DNA of 64,000 bases from an uncultured virus (IMG/VR IMGVR_UViG_3300033816_001043) (IMGVR_UViG_3300033816_001043); one strand, 5' to 3'. Counted from the stretch's first letter, positions 1 through 8,869 are shown. The notes: a model not told the origin generated them from the sequence alone. Translations and numbers: made by a program.

Positions 1-99
1 TATGATATGATATCTTGATTCATTTCTATTTTAATTTACACCACCCAAAACAAACTTTACCGAATGTTATTTTGGAAATGAAATTACAGATAAATTTTT

Positions 100-405
100 T
101 CATAATTCTTTTTCTTGATAAATATTATGGTCTGCGAATTTCAAACCATAATTCAAACCAATCATTGCCATTTGTCTCTTAGCAAAATCTTCGGTCATCT
201 TCATCTTTTTCTTAACTTCTTTCACACCCCACTTTTGCCATTGGTCATATTGGTCTTCAGTTATTGTCCATTGAGCATACCAATCATCTTTTCTATCTTT
301 GATATCTTCGAATGTAACATTATGACCAGCAAATTCGAACATCTTGTTGATGATGTCTATTAGTAATTGTTCTTTTTTTTGTTCGTATGATAATCTCTTA
401 GCCAT
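100..405 (-). CDS. hypothetical phage protein
   Basis: 101-aa ORF in a co-oriented run. Confidence 0.7.
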   Translation of the reverse strand: MAKRLSYEQKKEQLLIDIINKMFEFAGHNVTFEDIKDRKDDWYAQWTITEDQYDQWQKWGVKEVKKKMKMTEDFAKRQMAMIGLNYGLKFADHNIYQEKEL

Positions 406-425
406 AGTAATAATTATTTTAATTG

Positions 426-905
426 TTATGAAAAATCAGTATAAGGTGCAACTCTTAAACCATCAATATATTGTTCTTTTTTTTCAAAATCGTGGGAGTA
501 TTGACGAGGATGTTGTCTACGATATGTTTCCCCATCCAATCCATCAGGTTGTCCCCATTCTAAGGCCATTTTGATGAACTCCTCAACATCCATTTCTTCA
601 CCATATTCATCAACTATTCTACCAGTTCGTATAAAGTTAAATAATTCCTCTTTGTTTGAGTAATAATTGTTATCGTGAAAATTCCATAAGAATTTCCAAC
701 CACTACTTCTTTTACCCAAATGTATTGAAGTCCCCATAGTGAATATGTCCCAAGCAGAATATCTATCAAATCCTACCTCAAAATTTGTGAACTTACGTTC
801 AATCATATATGGTGAGACTACTAAGTTGGTAACATTCTCAATTAACTTAGCTTTTTTTTGTTCCATTTCTTGGACACTTGGTATTCTGTAGTAATTTGTT
901 CCCAT
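426..905 (-). CDS. hypothetical phage protein
   Basis: 159-aa ORF with a TAnnTTTG promoter at 929-936 upstream. Confidence 0.75.
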   Translation of the reverse strand: MGTNYYRIPSVQEMEQKKAKLIENVTNLVVSPYMIERKFTNFEVGFDRYSAWDIFTMGTSIHLGKRSSGWKFLWNFHDNNYYSNKEELFNFIRTGRIVDEYGEEMDVEEFIKMALEWGQPDGLDGETYRRQHPRQYSHDFEKKEQYIDGLRVAPYTDFS

Positions 906-928
906 TGTGATATTGTTTTATTGTCTTA

Positions 929-936
929 CAAAAATA
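929..936 (-). promoter_or_regulatory. Bacteroidota-type -7 promoter element TAnnTTTG; further copies at 2996, 6498, 9341, 9840, 12195, 14695, 18753, 37624, 41329, 51817, 55357 (minus) and 56673, 57112 (plus)
   Basis: TATTTTTG on the minus strand with TTTG upstream; recurs shortly before gene or tRNA starts. Confidence 0.75.
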
Positions 937-984
937 GAAAACCCCATTCTAATTTCAAAATCAAAATGGGTTTTTTTTTAAATT

Positions 985-1290
985 TTATTGGGAAACTCTG
1001 AAAGACCAATCTATTTCCCACTCTCTTTGACCACCACCATAACCTGTGTCGAAATAGATACCAACCATACTACATAAATGTTCAATTTCACGAACTTTAC
1101 CTAAGTCACCTTCACACTGAAGACCTAAACAAATAGTTTTCCATTCTGTTGAGGGTAATCTATCTGGTCTGTTATATTTTTCTTTTGTGTCAGGTGTTAC
1201 TATAGAATCTTTGATTAATACTTCTATTCCTTGTTCTTTTAGTTCATCAACTTTCTTCATTAGAAAGTCATATGCTTCATTGATATTCAT
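985..1290 (-). CDS. hypothetical protein
   Basis: ORF overlapping its neighbour. Confidence 0.65.
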   Translation of the reverse strand: MNINEAYDFLMKKVDELKEQGIEVLIKDSIVTPDTKEKYNRPDRLPSTEWKTICLGLQCEGDLGKVREIEHLCSMVGIYFDTGYGGGQREWEIDWSFRVSQ

Positions 1291-1546
1291 TTTTCTTTAA
1301 AATTTCTATTAAACTATCTAAATTACTACTATTAAAAAAATGTTTTTCAAACCCCTCATTTTCGAAATGTATAAATAACAATACTTCATCTTGTGGAAAA
1401 ACATCTAAGACAATCTTTCCGTTCCCAAAACTAAAGTTTATCTGTAGTTCATCATCGAAATTGATTTGAGTACCATATTCCTCTTTGAGGTGTGGTTTGA
1501 TTTTATTCCAAACTTCGAGCTGAAACTTTGTTAAGTTGTGTATCAT
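1277..1546 (-). CDS. hypothetical protein
   Basis: ORF. Confidence 0.6.
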   Translation of the reverse strand: MIHNLTKFQLEVWNKIKPHLKEEYGTQINFDDELQINFSFGNGKIVLDVFPQDEVLLFIHFENEGFEKHFFNSSNLDSLIEILKKNEYQ

Positions 1547-1637
1547 GCTTTTCTGTTATTTCTAATTCGTAAAGCTAAAATTATAAAAAGGGATGTAAGA
1601 ATGCTTGCCATAATAATGTTGTAGGTATCCATAAATA

Positions 1638-1898
1638 TTATAATTTATCGAAATCTTCTCTCATTTTTGAGAGTTGATATTCCGTTGTTTTTCTTTCACT
1701 ATCTAAGATTGATTTGATAAAATCATCACCACCTAACTTGATAAAACGATTGATTTTAAAGTTACAAGTTGATGTCCCCTTTATCTCCATTTCCAATTTT
1801 TTTGACTCAATTAAGTTATTGATTGTTGATAACTTGAACTCCAAATTAACTATTGTTTCTTTGAGTTTTTTTATCTCATTGTATTTTTCTTCTGTCAT
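1638..1898 (-). CDS. hypothetical protein
   Basis: ORF. Confidence 0.6.
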   Translation of the reverse strand: MTEEKYNEIKKLKETIVNLEFKLSTINNLIESKKLEMEIKGTSTCNFKINRFIKLGGDDFIKSILDSERKTTEYQLSKMREDFDKL

Positions 1899-1904
1899 AA
1901 TATT

Positions 1905-2396
1905 TTATACTAATTGTAAGTTATTTTCTTCACAAAACCAAGAGGGAACATCACGATTTTTCCAAGAAACAAAATCTTTTTTTGCACCAATATAATAGTT
2001 TCTATATGATTGAATTACATCCTTAACCTTATATTCATCAGGCATTGCTTTGGGTGGTTCAGTGAAATCCTTATCTTTTACATTAATTGGATTCATCACA
2101 CACCATTCAATAACATCTTGTGATTTATGTCTTTTACCATAACGATAAGTGTATTCTTTACACAACTCCAACCCCAATTCACATAGGTAATAATAGTTAG
2201 ATAATGACTCTCTAACCCATATTGAACAGGGGTGGTTTTTGTGTGATAATTTATATGGAATATCTAAACCTGAGTTTGTAACATGGTGAGCACCACACAA
2301 AAGTTGAGCCGCCTCCAATAGTTGTTTAACACAATGTTTATCACAATGATATCTTGCACACTTGATGACATCATAATCTAAAAAGAAGATATTCAT
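1905..2396 (-). CDS. pyrimidine-dimer DNA glycosylase (DenV/Pyr_excise-like) family protein
   Basis: MNIFFLD...HCDKHCVKQLLEAAQLL...HKNHPCSIW...YTYRYGKRH motifs. Confidence 0.7.
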   Translation of the reverse strand: MNIFFLDYDVIKCARYHCDKHCVKQLLEAAQLLCGAHHVTNSGLDIPYKLSHKNHPCSIWVRESLSNYYYLCELGLELCKEYTYRYGKRHKSQDVIEWCVMNPINVKDKDFTEPPKAMPDEYKVKDVIQSYRNYYIGAKKDFVSWKNRDVPSWFCEENNLQLV

Positions 2397-2398
2397 TA

Positions 2399-2821
2399 TT
2401 ATTTTTCTTGAATGGTGAACGGATGAACTTTCAATTTTGCGGTTTGTTCCTTATCCAAATGTTTTAAGAAACCATTAATATAATTAACAATATTAGCAGC
2501 TCCAACAGGATTGGCGGAGTGAACATATATTTGAGGGAAAGGACTTGTAAAGTTGTCCATATAGTGACCAACCAACCATTTTGCTGCATCATATCCAGTT
2601 TTTTCTTCGATGTTATCATAATCCAATATTCCTTTTTTAATTACATTTCTAAAATATTCCTCAACCGCAGTATCACCCAAATCGTGGTCAAATGAAATAA
2701 CATCAACATTGTCCAAACCAAGTTCGTTGATTTTTTTGATGAAAGCCCCATAGTTTCTAACAACAATCCAATCCTTGTCATTAGGTGTTCTTTCATCATC
2801 CAAATAGATTTTATATTTCAT
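2399..2821 (-). CDS. cyclic-phosphate-processing receiver-like domain protein
   Basis: IYLDDERTP, ISFDHDLG, TGYDAAKWL, VHSANPVG motifs. Confidence 0.7.
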   Translation of the reverse strand: MKYKIYLDDERTPNDKDWIVVRNYGAFIKKINELGLDNVDVISFDHDLGDTAVEEYFRNVIKKGILDYDNIEEKTGYDAAKWLVGHYMDNFTSPFPQIYVHSANPVGAANIVNYINGFLKHLDKEQTAKLKVHPFTIQEK

Positions 2822-2975
2822 AGACCAGTTTTTTGTTTTTACGAGAATATTGTTTTGAACTCTTATGAACTTTAGTCACAGCTGAAAAACCGTGGGGGTT
2901 CTTCTCTAAATATACCAATCGAGCACCATTACCAATGGCATTCAGGGTTATATTGATTTTATTCTTCGTTTTCAT
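2811..2975 (-). CDS. small basic protein (54 aa; not in ORF track)
   Basis: MKTKNKIN...VHKSSKQYSRKNKKLVYEI; promoter at 2996. Confidence 0.55.
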   Translation of the reverse strand: MKTKNKINITLNAIGNGARLVYLEKNPHGFSAVTKVHKSSKQYSRKNKKLVYEI

Positions 2976-3014
2976 AGTGTTCTTTGTTTGTCCAACAAAT
3001 ATAAAAACAATTTT

Positions 3015-3329
3015 TTATTCGTACAACTTTTTTCGAACAAACTCTCCCAAATCTGCATCATTTGGATGACTCAAGATTTCTTCCCTATTCACACAATGTA
3101 AATCTTTAGAAGGTAAGTCAATTGCATCAATACCATAGAAATCGAGTAGTTCAATAACTTTCATAAGTTTGTGAGTTGTTTCATCAGTTTCACCCCACTC
3201 ACTTATGATATGGTATCTTTGTTCCCATCCTGAACGAAATATATAAACTACATATGGCTCAGATATTCCGTGGGGATATATTGTGGTTATATTTGGTTTC
3301 TTTTTAACTACAAGTTTGTCATTTTTCAT
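3015..3329 (-). CDS. hypothetical protein
   Basis: ORF. Confidence 0.6.
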   Translation of the reverse strand: MKNDKLVVKKKPNITTIYPHGISEPYVVYIFRSGWEQRYHIISEWGETDETTHKLMKVIELLDFYGIDAIDLPSKDLHCVNREEILSHPNDADLGEFVRKKLYE

Positions 3330-3534
3330 TGAAGAAGTGTTTTGATATTAGATATGAAAATATAAGAATTATAACCTCACAGGTCAACAAGAAACAAAAT
3401 GAAGTATCTGCATGTGAGTAATTCATAATTATACTTTTAACCTCCTCAAACTCGAAAATATTAAAAGTACCAAAATGATAAGCACCCAACATATAAAACA
3501 TTAGGTGTAAAACAAGTAAAACACGGATATTCAT
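3319..3534 (-). CDS. small membrane protein
   Basis: two hydrophobic stretches. Confidence 0.5.
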   Translation of the reverse strand: MNIRVLLVLHLMFYMLGAYHFGTFNIFEFEEVKSIIMNYSHADTSFCFLLTCEVIILIFSYLISKHFFNEK

Positions 3535-3560
3535 TTGAAAAAATTATTGTGGTAAATAAA

Positions 3561-3746
3561 TCAATCTCTGTTTCTCATATGGATTGGTAACATTCTATGT
3601 GTACTTCCCCTCTTTTTGAGATTTGGACTTTTCATTTTGTGTCTTAAGCTCGCTTGTGGATAAGAATGACAAGAGGGTCTTTGAAATACAACACAAGATG
3701 AAAGTGTAAAAAATAAAAATAATATTAATATCTTTTTCATTATCAT
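3561..3746 (-). CDS. small lipoprotein-like protein
   Basis: MKK-hydrophobic-LSSC lipobox-like N-terminus. Confidence 0.5.
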   Translation of the reverse strand: MIMKKILILFLFFTLSSCVVFQRPSCHSYPQASLRHKMKSPNLKKRGSTHRMLPIHMRNRD

Positions 3747-3835
3747 AAATATCCTAAATGTCAGTATCTAAAAATCCCAACATATAAAATATTAATAGTA
3801 CAATTAACATTACATAAAGCATAAGATAATTTTTG

Positions 3836-3912
3836 TACCCCCTGAGAGAATCGAACTCTCAATCAAAACATCATCCTAAATGATGCGCGTCTACCTATTC
3901 CGCCAAGGGGGT
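3836..3912 (-). tRNA. tRNA-Leu(TAG)
   Basis: cloverleaf; anticodon arm CATCA-TTTAGGA-TGATG. Confidence 0.85.
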
Positions 3913-3919
3913 ATTTTTG

Positions 3920-4004
3920 TAGTCGGGATGAGACTCGAACTCATAAGGTCTTACTGACCACAACGGTTTAAGTGTTGCGTGGATACCAATTTCACCACCC
4001 GACC
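3920..4004 (-). tRNA. tRNA-Leu(TAA)
   Basis: cloverleaf; loop CTTAAAC; long variable arm. Confidence 0.85.
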
Positions 4005-4395
4005 TACATTACAAACCAAATCCCAACTTAATGAGATATACCAAACCCAGTACAATTAAAGCTAACATCGTACCTGCAAACATCTGTAAAGAAAACTTAA
4101 CTTGTTCTTCACTTTTTCCTTGATTCTTGTTCTCCATCATAAAAATTTTTGATAATCCATAAAATGTTTATTTACCCACATTTTACCTGTTACTTGAGTT
4201 GGATGTTCTCGTTTACTTAGGTCGAAAATTTCAACCATCGTTTTTCTTTCATTATCTAACTCATCCCAAAGATAAGATATCGCCAAGTTTAATTTCCGTT
4301 TTTCCTCAGTACCAACCTCGGACTCTCTGACAAGTTTTTCTAACTTTGCTATAACATTTTGAATGGGGGTGTTTTTCATCACAACTTTAATTTTT

Positions 4396-4572
4396 TTAAT
4401 TGTTAATGTCAAGTTCCAACTGACTCTCACTAAATATGTGCAACATTCCATTGTCGATTAATTCAGCAACAATTCTTGTTTCACCTGATGTGGTTTGAAA
4501 TACCGCCACTACGATACCAGGGAACTTATACCCTTTTGGTTTGTAAACCTTGTCTCCTACTTTGAACTTCAT
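4396..4572 (-). CDS. SH3-fold protein resembling type II (R67/DfrB) dihydrofolate reductase (58 aa; not in ORF track)
   Basis: MKFKVGDKVYKPKGYKFPGIVVAVFQTTSGETRIVAELIDNGMLHIFSESQLEL. Confidence 0.5.
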   Translation of the reverse strand: MKFKVGDKVYKPKGYKFPGIVVAVFQTTSGETRIVAELIDNGMLHIFSESQLELDINN

Positions 4573-4578
4573 TTTTTT

Positions 4579-4983
4579 CTATTTTAAATAATTAACATGT
4601 ATTGAATGAAAACCCTCACTCCTATTTATTTTTAATTCCATCCTTGAACCAGTAACATAATCAACCCAAACATTTTCACCAACTTTCACATATGGCTCCA
4701 AATCTTTATAAGATTTGTTTAACATCTTGATTGGTCTGTAAACACTCCAATTTGCACAATATTCTACCCCATTACTTTCAACAAAAATGAACCCATAACT
4801 TTCCAATTGTTTCTCGTCCATATACACAATATCATAATAATAAGTAAAAATCTTTAATCCATCAATGAATTCGGTTTTGTGATTTGTACCTAGATTTTTT
4901 TCAATTTGTTGGGGAGATAAACCTAGTTGTGCAAATGTTAAAAATGGTAAAAATAATAATAGAAATAAAATCGTTTTTTTCAT
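4579..4983 (-). CDS. secreted hypothetical protein
   Basis: signal peptide ending FA-Q. Confidence 0.65.
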   Translation of the reverse strand: MKKTILFLLLFLPFLTFAQLGLSPQQIEKNLGTNHKTEFIDGLKIFTYYYDIVYMDEKQLESYGFIFVESNGVEYCANWSVYRPIKMLNKSYKDLEPYVKVGENVWVDYVTGSRMELKINRSEGFHSIHVNYLK

Positions 4984-4997
4984 AATTTTTGTTTTAG

Positions 4998-5071
4998 TAC
5001 ACCCATTTGGATTCGAACCAAAGACCTACTGCTTAGAAGGCAGTTGCTCTATCCAGCTGAGCTATGGGTGC
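4998..5071 (-). tRNA. tRNA-Arg(TCT)
   Basis: ACTGC-CTTCTAA-GCAGT; canonical D and T arms. Confidence 0.92.
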
Positions 5072-5077
5072 ATAATT

Positions 5078-5289
5078 TCCCCACCTTGAGATTACTGGTG
5101 AGTAGTTATTTCGGTTTTTTCCTATTCAAAAAACCTGTTGGGCATCCCCACTGAAAAAAGTCACACATACGAAGGAGGGGGTGTGCTGCCGCCTTTAACC
5201 CTAAGAATCGGCATTCCGTTGTCCGATTTGAACGAGTTCATTGTTAAATGAGTCTTGAACCAAAGACTGCTGAGTATCTCTTACTCATT
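5078..5289 (-). ncRNA. putative structured ncRNA between tRNAs
   Basis: GC-enriched, ORF-free, several hairpins (TGAGTA-AGAGA-TACTCA; GGTTTTTT-GAATAGG-AAAAAACC). Confidence 0.4.
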
Positions 5290-5290
5290 G

Positions 5291-5397
5291 TAGTCAGGAC
5301 AGGATTCGAACCTGTAAAATCTTTTATCTGGTTTAGGGTAGGTTCTATTCCTATCTCCTTCCAAAACATATAGCGTCTACCATTCCGCCACCTGGCT
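5291..5397 (-). ncRNA. tRNA-like RNA (acceptor, D and T arms; no canonical anticodon arm)
   Basis: AGCCAGGTGGCGGAATGGTAGACGC...ACAGGTTCGAATCCTGTCCTGACTA. Confidence 0.65.
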
Positions 5398-5402
5398 AAA
5401 TT

Positions 5403-5663
5403 TTAATTCAGTGCATCTATTTCCATACAATACAAACCGAACTCTTGTATTTCATCACCATATCTATACTTGTAAGTTCCCTCATATATGTCGGGATAAC
5501 TACTATCATAAGGAAAATAACCCAAGTATTCAACATCCTTATCTTCAAAGTAGGGTGGTAATCCCATATACTCATCCAAGAGTTGTTTGACCTTTTCAAC
5601 TGTCGTTGCAGTTAGTACTGGGATTTTATCTTCCCTATCTACTATAAGATATATTAGTGCCAT
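5403..5663 (-). CDS. hypothetical protein
   Basis: ORF. Confidence 0.6.
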   Translation of the reverse strand: MALIYLIVDREDKIPVLTATTVEKVKQLLDEYMGLPPYFEDKDVEYLGYFPYDSSYPDIYEGTYKYRYGDEIQEFGLYCMEIDALN

Positions 5664-6034
5664 TGTTGTAAACTTTTATTTATATTAATTTTTGTCAATT
5701 TTTTTTTTCTTTTTTTTTTATTTTTTTCTTTTCCTTTTTTTTCTTTTATTTTTTTTTCTTTTGTTTTTACGACTTCCACCAAATCCATTTCTGGGTCAGA
5801 TAATTCTTGATAACCAAACATTGAAAAGTCAGAAATATAAGACCACCACTTTCCATCAAAAACATATCTTTCATGGTCTATTTTTGGTTTTTTATTGTCA
5901 ATGCTTTTACCAAAATAAATTCCATCCCATCCATCTCTTTTCCCTTCTATTGGTGGATTACCCTTGATAATTTTTACTAATCTACCATCTCTACTCTTGT
6001 AAGTTTTACCTACTTCTAAAATTATATTTTCCAT
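5654..6034 (-). CDS. hypothetical protein with Lys-rich tail (start revised to MENIILEVGK)
   Basis: the upstream extension in the ORF track overlaps a tRNA-like element. Confidence 0.55.
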   Translation of the reverse strand: MENIILEVGKTYKSRDGRLVKIIKGNPPIEGKRDGWDGIYFGKSIDNKKPKIDHERYVFDGKWWSYISDFSMFGYQELSDPEMDLVEVVKTKEKKIKEKKGKEKNKKKRKKKLTKININKSLQQWH

Positions 6035-6066
6035 ATTTATAATTTTTATTTTTTTAAATAAGTTAG

Positions 6067-6147
6067 TAGTCAGGACAGGATTCGAACTTGTGACGATAAA
6101 CGCAGATGTGTACCTCATCTTGGCAGCTCCAATTCTGCCACCTGACT
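6067..6147 (-). ncRNA. tRNA-like RNA; atypical loop AGGTACA (GTA, no U33)
   Basis: shares acceptor and T arm with 5291-5397; AGATG/CATCT stem. Confidence 0.6.
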
Positions 6148-6247
6148 TTGTTTGTTTAAACTTTTCGGTTTTCCTATTCAAAACCTTAACGTCAGGCAAC
6201 AATCTAAGTGTCAGCCACTACTTGTGAATTATTAGGTGTCACAACCA

Positions 6248-6475
6248 TTAGAAATATTTTCTTGTCGCCCATTCATATGTATAAAACTCAGGAGCATTAC
6301 CATTAGGTAGAGATAAAAACATAAAACCATTGTAAGCATTAGATTTATGTAAGATATGTTCAATCATTGTAATAACCCCCATTTTTTCATCCAAAGATAT
6401 ATTGGTGTTACTGAGTACCAAGTTAGCATAATCTTTTATTTCTTGAACTTGGATTGTTTTTTTCTCTTTTGCCAT
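6248..6475 (-). CDS. hypothetical protein
   Basis: ORF with promoter at 6498. Confidence 0.65.
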   Translation of the reverse strand: MAKEKKTIQVQEIKDYANLVLSNTNISLDEKMGVITMIEHILHKSNAYNGFMFLSLPNGNAPEFYTYEWATRKYF

Positions 6476-6559
6476 TGTGTTTCCGTTTAAGTGTTCACAA
6501 ATATAGAAATAGATTTTTAATTACACAACCTTTGATGAATATTTTTGGGAAAATATTTG

Positions 6560-6630
6560 AGCGGATAGTTGGTACCGCCCCAACTTATCTAGTTTGGAAG
6601 ACTAGAACATTACTTTTATGCTATACCCGC
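6560..6630 (-). tRNA. tRNA-Gly(TCC), non-canonical T loop
   Basis: CTAGT-CTTCCAA-ACTAG; T arm GTTGG-GGCGGTA-CCAAC. Confidence 0.8.
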
Positions 6631-6634
6631 TAAT

Positions 6635-6865
6635 TTACCTTAGATTCCAAATACCACCAGCAAAACACTTGAAGTCATTGTAACTTGTAACTCTTATAGG
6701 GTTTTCTTCATATTTCCACCTATTACAAGTTATATAGATTTCTCCTGTCCATTTATCCTTTTTGAGAAAGGTATAAATACCATTACGAGATTTGATATGG
6801 ATTTTATCCCCATTTTTGAGGTTCTTAAACTGAGACAATCTTATTTGTTCCATAAGTGATTCCAT
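6635..6865 (-). CDS. hypothetical protein
   Basis: ORF between tRNAs. Confidence 0.55.
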   Translation of the reverse strand: MESLMEQIRLSQFKNLKNGDKIHIKSRNGIYTFLKKDKWTGEIYITCNRWKYEENPIRVTSYNDFKCFAGGIWNLR

Positions 6866-6882
6866 AGTATTTGAATAAAAAG

Positions 6883-6957
6883 TGGAGCCGGTATGAGGAA
6901 TCGAACCCCATTATCTTGATTACAAGTCAAGTACATCACCACTTATGCTTTACCGGC
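6883..6957 (-). tRNA. tRNA-Thr(TGT), encoded CCA
   Basis: CTTGA-CTTGTAA-TCAAG. Confidence 0.9.
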
Positions 6958-6967
6958 ATTTATAATT

Positions 6968-7060
6968 GGGTGGTAGGGACTTCCACCCATAGACTTAAGG
7001 TTTTTTAGTTATTTTACAATAACCTGCCCGTGTGTCCTTCACCTTAAAACGGGAGTCCCT
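6968..7060 (-). ncRNA. putative pseudoknotted small RNA
   Basis: AGGGACT/AGTCCCT outer stem; CCCGT/ACGGG stem whose loop TTAAGGT pairs with downstream ACCTTAA. Confidence 0.45.
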
Positions 7061-7062
7061 TA

Positions 7063-7138
7063 TGGAGCGATAGACAAGATTCGAACTTGCGACTTTAATC
7101 TTGGCAAGATTATGCTCTACCTACTGAGCTACTATCGC
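7063..7138 (-). tRNA. tRNA-Gly(GCC), encoded CCA
   Basis: TAATC-TTGCCAA-GATTA. Confidence 0.9.
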
Positions 7139-7404
7139 TTTTTATAAACATAAGTTATTGTATCACCAATCTTATAAACATCATTTCTCTTGGTTATAAC
7201 AAACTCATCACAATCTGTTGAATAATGATATCTTTTCCCATATTCAATGGTGGATGGTGATTCTGTAACATAAAATGTGTCTATAACACATCTTTTAACA
7301 ATATCCCCATCTTCAATTTCATTATAGTTTGTTCTATTTAGAATTGAAGCTAATAAAACAAATGAAACAAAAAATAAAAACAAACAAGGAATTAAATATT
7401 TCAT
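7132..7404 (-). CDS. membrane-anchored hypothetical protein
   Basis: N-terminal hydrophobic segment. Confidence 0.55.
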   Translation of the reverse strand: MKYLIPCLFLFFVSFVLLASILNRTNYNEIEDGDIVKRCVIDTFYVTESPSTIEYGKRYHYSTDCDEFVITKRNDVYKIGDTITYVYKKR

Positions 7405-7406
7405 CT

Positions 7407-7655
7407 TTAAACTTTTAACAAATAAATTAATAATGAACCCAAAGTATAACCAATACTGGATGCCAAGGCCATCTTGATTCTTTCATTCCAATTCTTTGAT
7501 TCAACCATATAACCAACAAATGGTAATCCCAAAAATGGCCCGATACAAGCCCAAAAAATCATCATAAAATCTCTATCAGCAACCGTTGCAATATACATAG
7601 TTGCGGCCAACTCAATAACAAATGATGCGATACCAATTATAATATATTTTTTCAT
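7407..7655 (-). CDS. small membrane protein
   Basis: three hydrophobic segments. Confidence 0.6.
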   Translation of the reverse strand: MKKYIIIGIASFVIELAATMYIATVADRDFMMIFWACIGPFLGLPFVGYMVESKNWNERIKMALASSIGYTLGSLLIYLLKV

Positions 7656-8248
7656 AAATGTTTAATTACCCAATCCGCAAACTTCTTTTGTCCTGATAAA
7701 CTTACATGAACCCCATCACCAGCATCTTTGAATGTTACAGATGTATCCTTTGGAATTATAAGACAATTTTTCAAACCTGTCTTTGGGTCAACCATCAATT
7801 TTTGAAATTCAACATACCTTGCTCTACATCTATCAGTGGTCTCAGTACCATATACAGTTCTAACCATAACTTTGATGGGGTCATATCCAACAATAACAAT
7901 CGGTTTAATCCCCCTCCTATTACAAGAATCAACCATCATCTGTATATTATTAACGGCACCCTGTAAGTTCACATAAGAAAAAGCATCATTACAACCCCCA
8001 TAAATAAACACACTGGTAAACATTGAATCTCTCTTCAAATGGTCGTTAAGTGTTAATCTCATCCAATCCGTTCTCTTTCCACCACTTGATTTATTTAAAC
8101 TCTGATAACCGAATTCCTTGGCTACCATATCTTGCCAACCACCAGTATAACAAGTTAAACTATCACCGATGAATAATACCCTCAAAGGTGGGGTTGAAAA
8201 GGAAGTTAATAAAATAACACATAACAATAATAAACTAATTTTCTTCAT
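7652..8248 (-). CDS. SGNH/GDSL hydrolase, secreted
   Basis: FIGDSLT block I, GGCND, DGVH block V. Confidence 0.85.
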   Translation of the reverse strand: MKKISLLLLCVILLTSFSTPPLRVLFIGDSLTCYTGGWQDMVAKEFGYQSLNKSSGGKRTDWMRLTLNDHLKRDSMFTSVFIYGGCNDAFSYVNLQGAVNNIQMMVDSCNRRGIKPIVIVGYDPIKVMVRTVYGTETTDRCRARYVEFQKLMVDPKTGLKNCLIIPKDTSVTFKDAGDGVHVSLSGQKKFADWVIKHL

Positions 8249-8261
8249 AAAACAATTTTTT

Positions 8262-8339
8262 TGGTGGAGACAGTGAGAATCAAACTCACCTCACAGATAT
8301 TGCAAATATCCATCGCCAAGTCTTGGTACATGTGCCCCC
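8262..8339 (-). tRNA. tRNA-Ala(TGC), encoded CCA
   Basis: GGATA-TTTGCAA-TATCT; G3:U70 pair. Confidence 0.8.
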
Positions 8340-8347
8340 ATTTTTAT

Positions 8348-8869
8348 TTATAACCCAATTTCCTCCAAAGGTAAAACCTCAAAGAAATATTTACAACCAA
8401 CATCTGTTATATATTCAAAAACATCCTTATAACAATCTTTATTGAAAAAATTACTTAAGACATAATAGTACTCAACTTGGATACCGATTGGACTAAACAA
8501 TTTTTTATATTGTCTTTTTTTGAAATTACAAGTTTGTAATTTCTCATCAACAGAACCGGCACCATTTTGGTATTTCTTTTCAATTATGTAGATGGTATTC
8601 CCCACTAATATTGCAGCATCAGGTAAAAGTTTTTTACTGATAATCGTATTGTGGTCAATATTATATCTACTTAACAATTTTTTGTACAGACCATATTTCT
8701 CAAAATATTCACCGACAATTATACCATTTTTTACAATTTGGTCTTGATTATCCATCACATAATCACTTTGTTCCACTAACAATTTTTTTAGGTGTGTTGT
8801 AGCTTCAAAATGTAATCCGTTAACATTTGTGTTTGCACCCCCACCACTTTTGTTTGGCGTTCTATTCAT
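8348..8869 (-). CDS. PD-(D/E)xK restriction-endonuclease-like nuclease
   Basis: LLPDAA...IIEKKYQ...GSVDEKLQT. Confidence 0.65.
   Translation of the reverse strand: MNRTPNKSGGGANTNVNGLHFEATTHLKKLLVEQSDYVMDNQDQIVKNGIIVGEYFEKYGLYKKLLSRYNIDHNTIISKKLLPDAAILVGNTIYIIEKKYQNGAGSVDEKLQTCNFKKRQYKKLFSPIGIQVEYYYVLSNFFNKDCYKDVFEYITDVGCKYFFEVLPLEEIGL

Noticed and set aside
5690..5770. Poly-T/Lys-rich tract as a functional repeat
   Set aside because: Low complexity; could be a basic tail or homopolymer sequencing noise.
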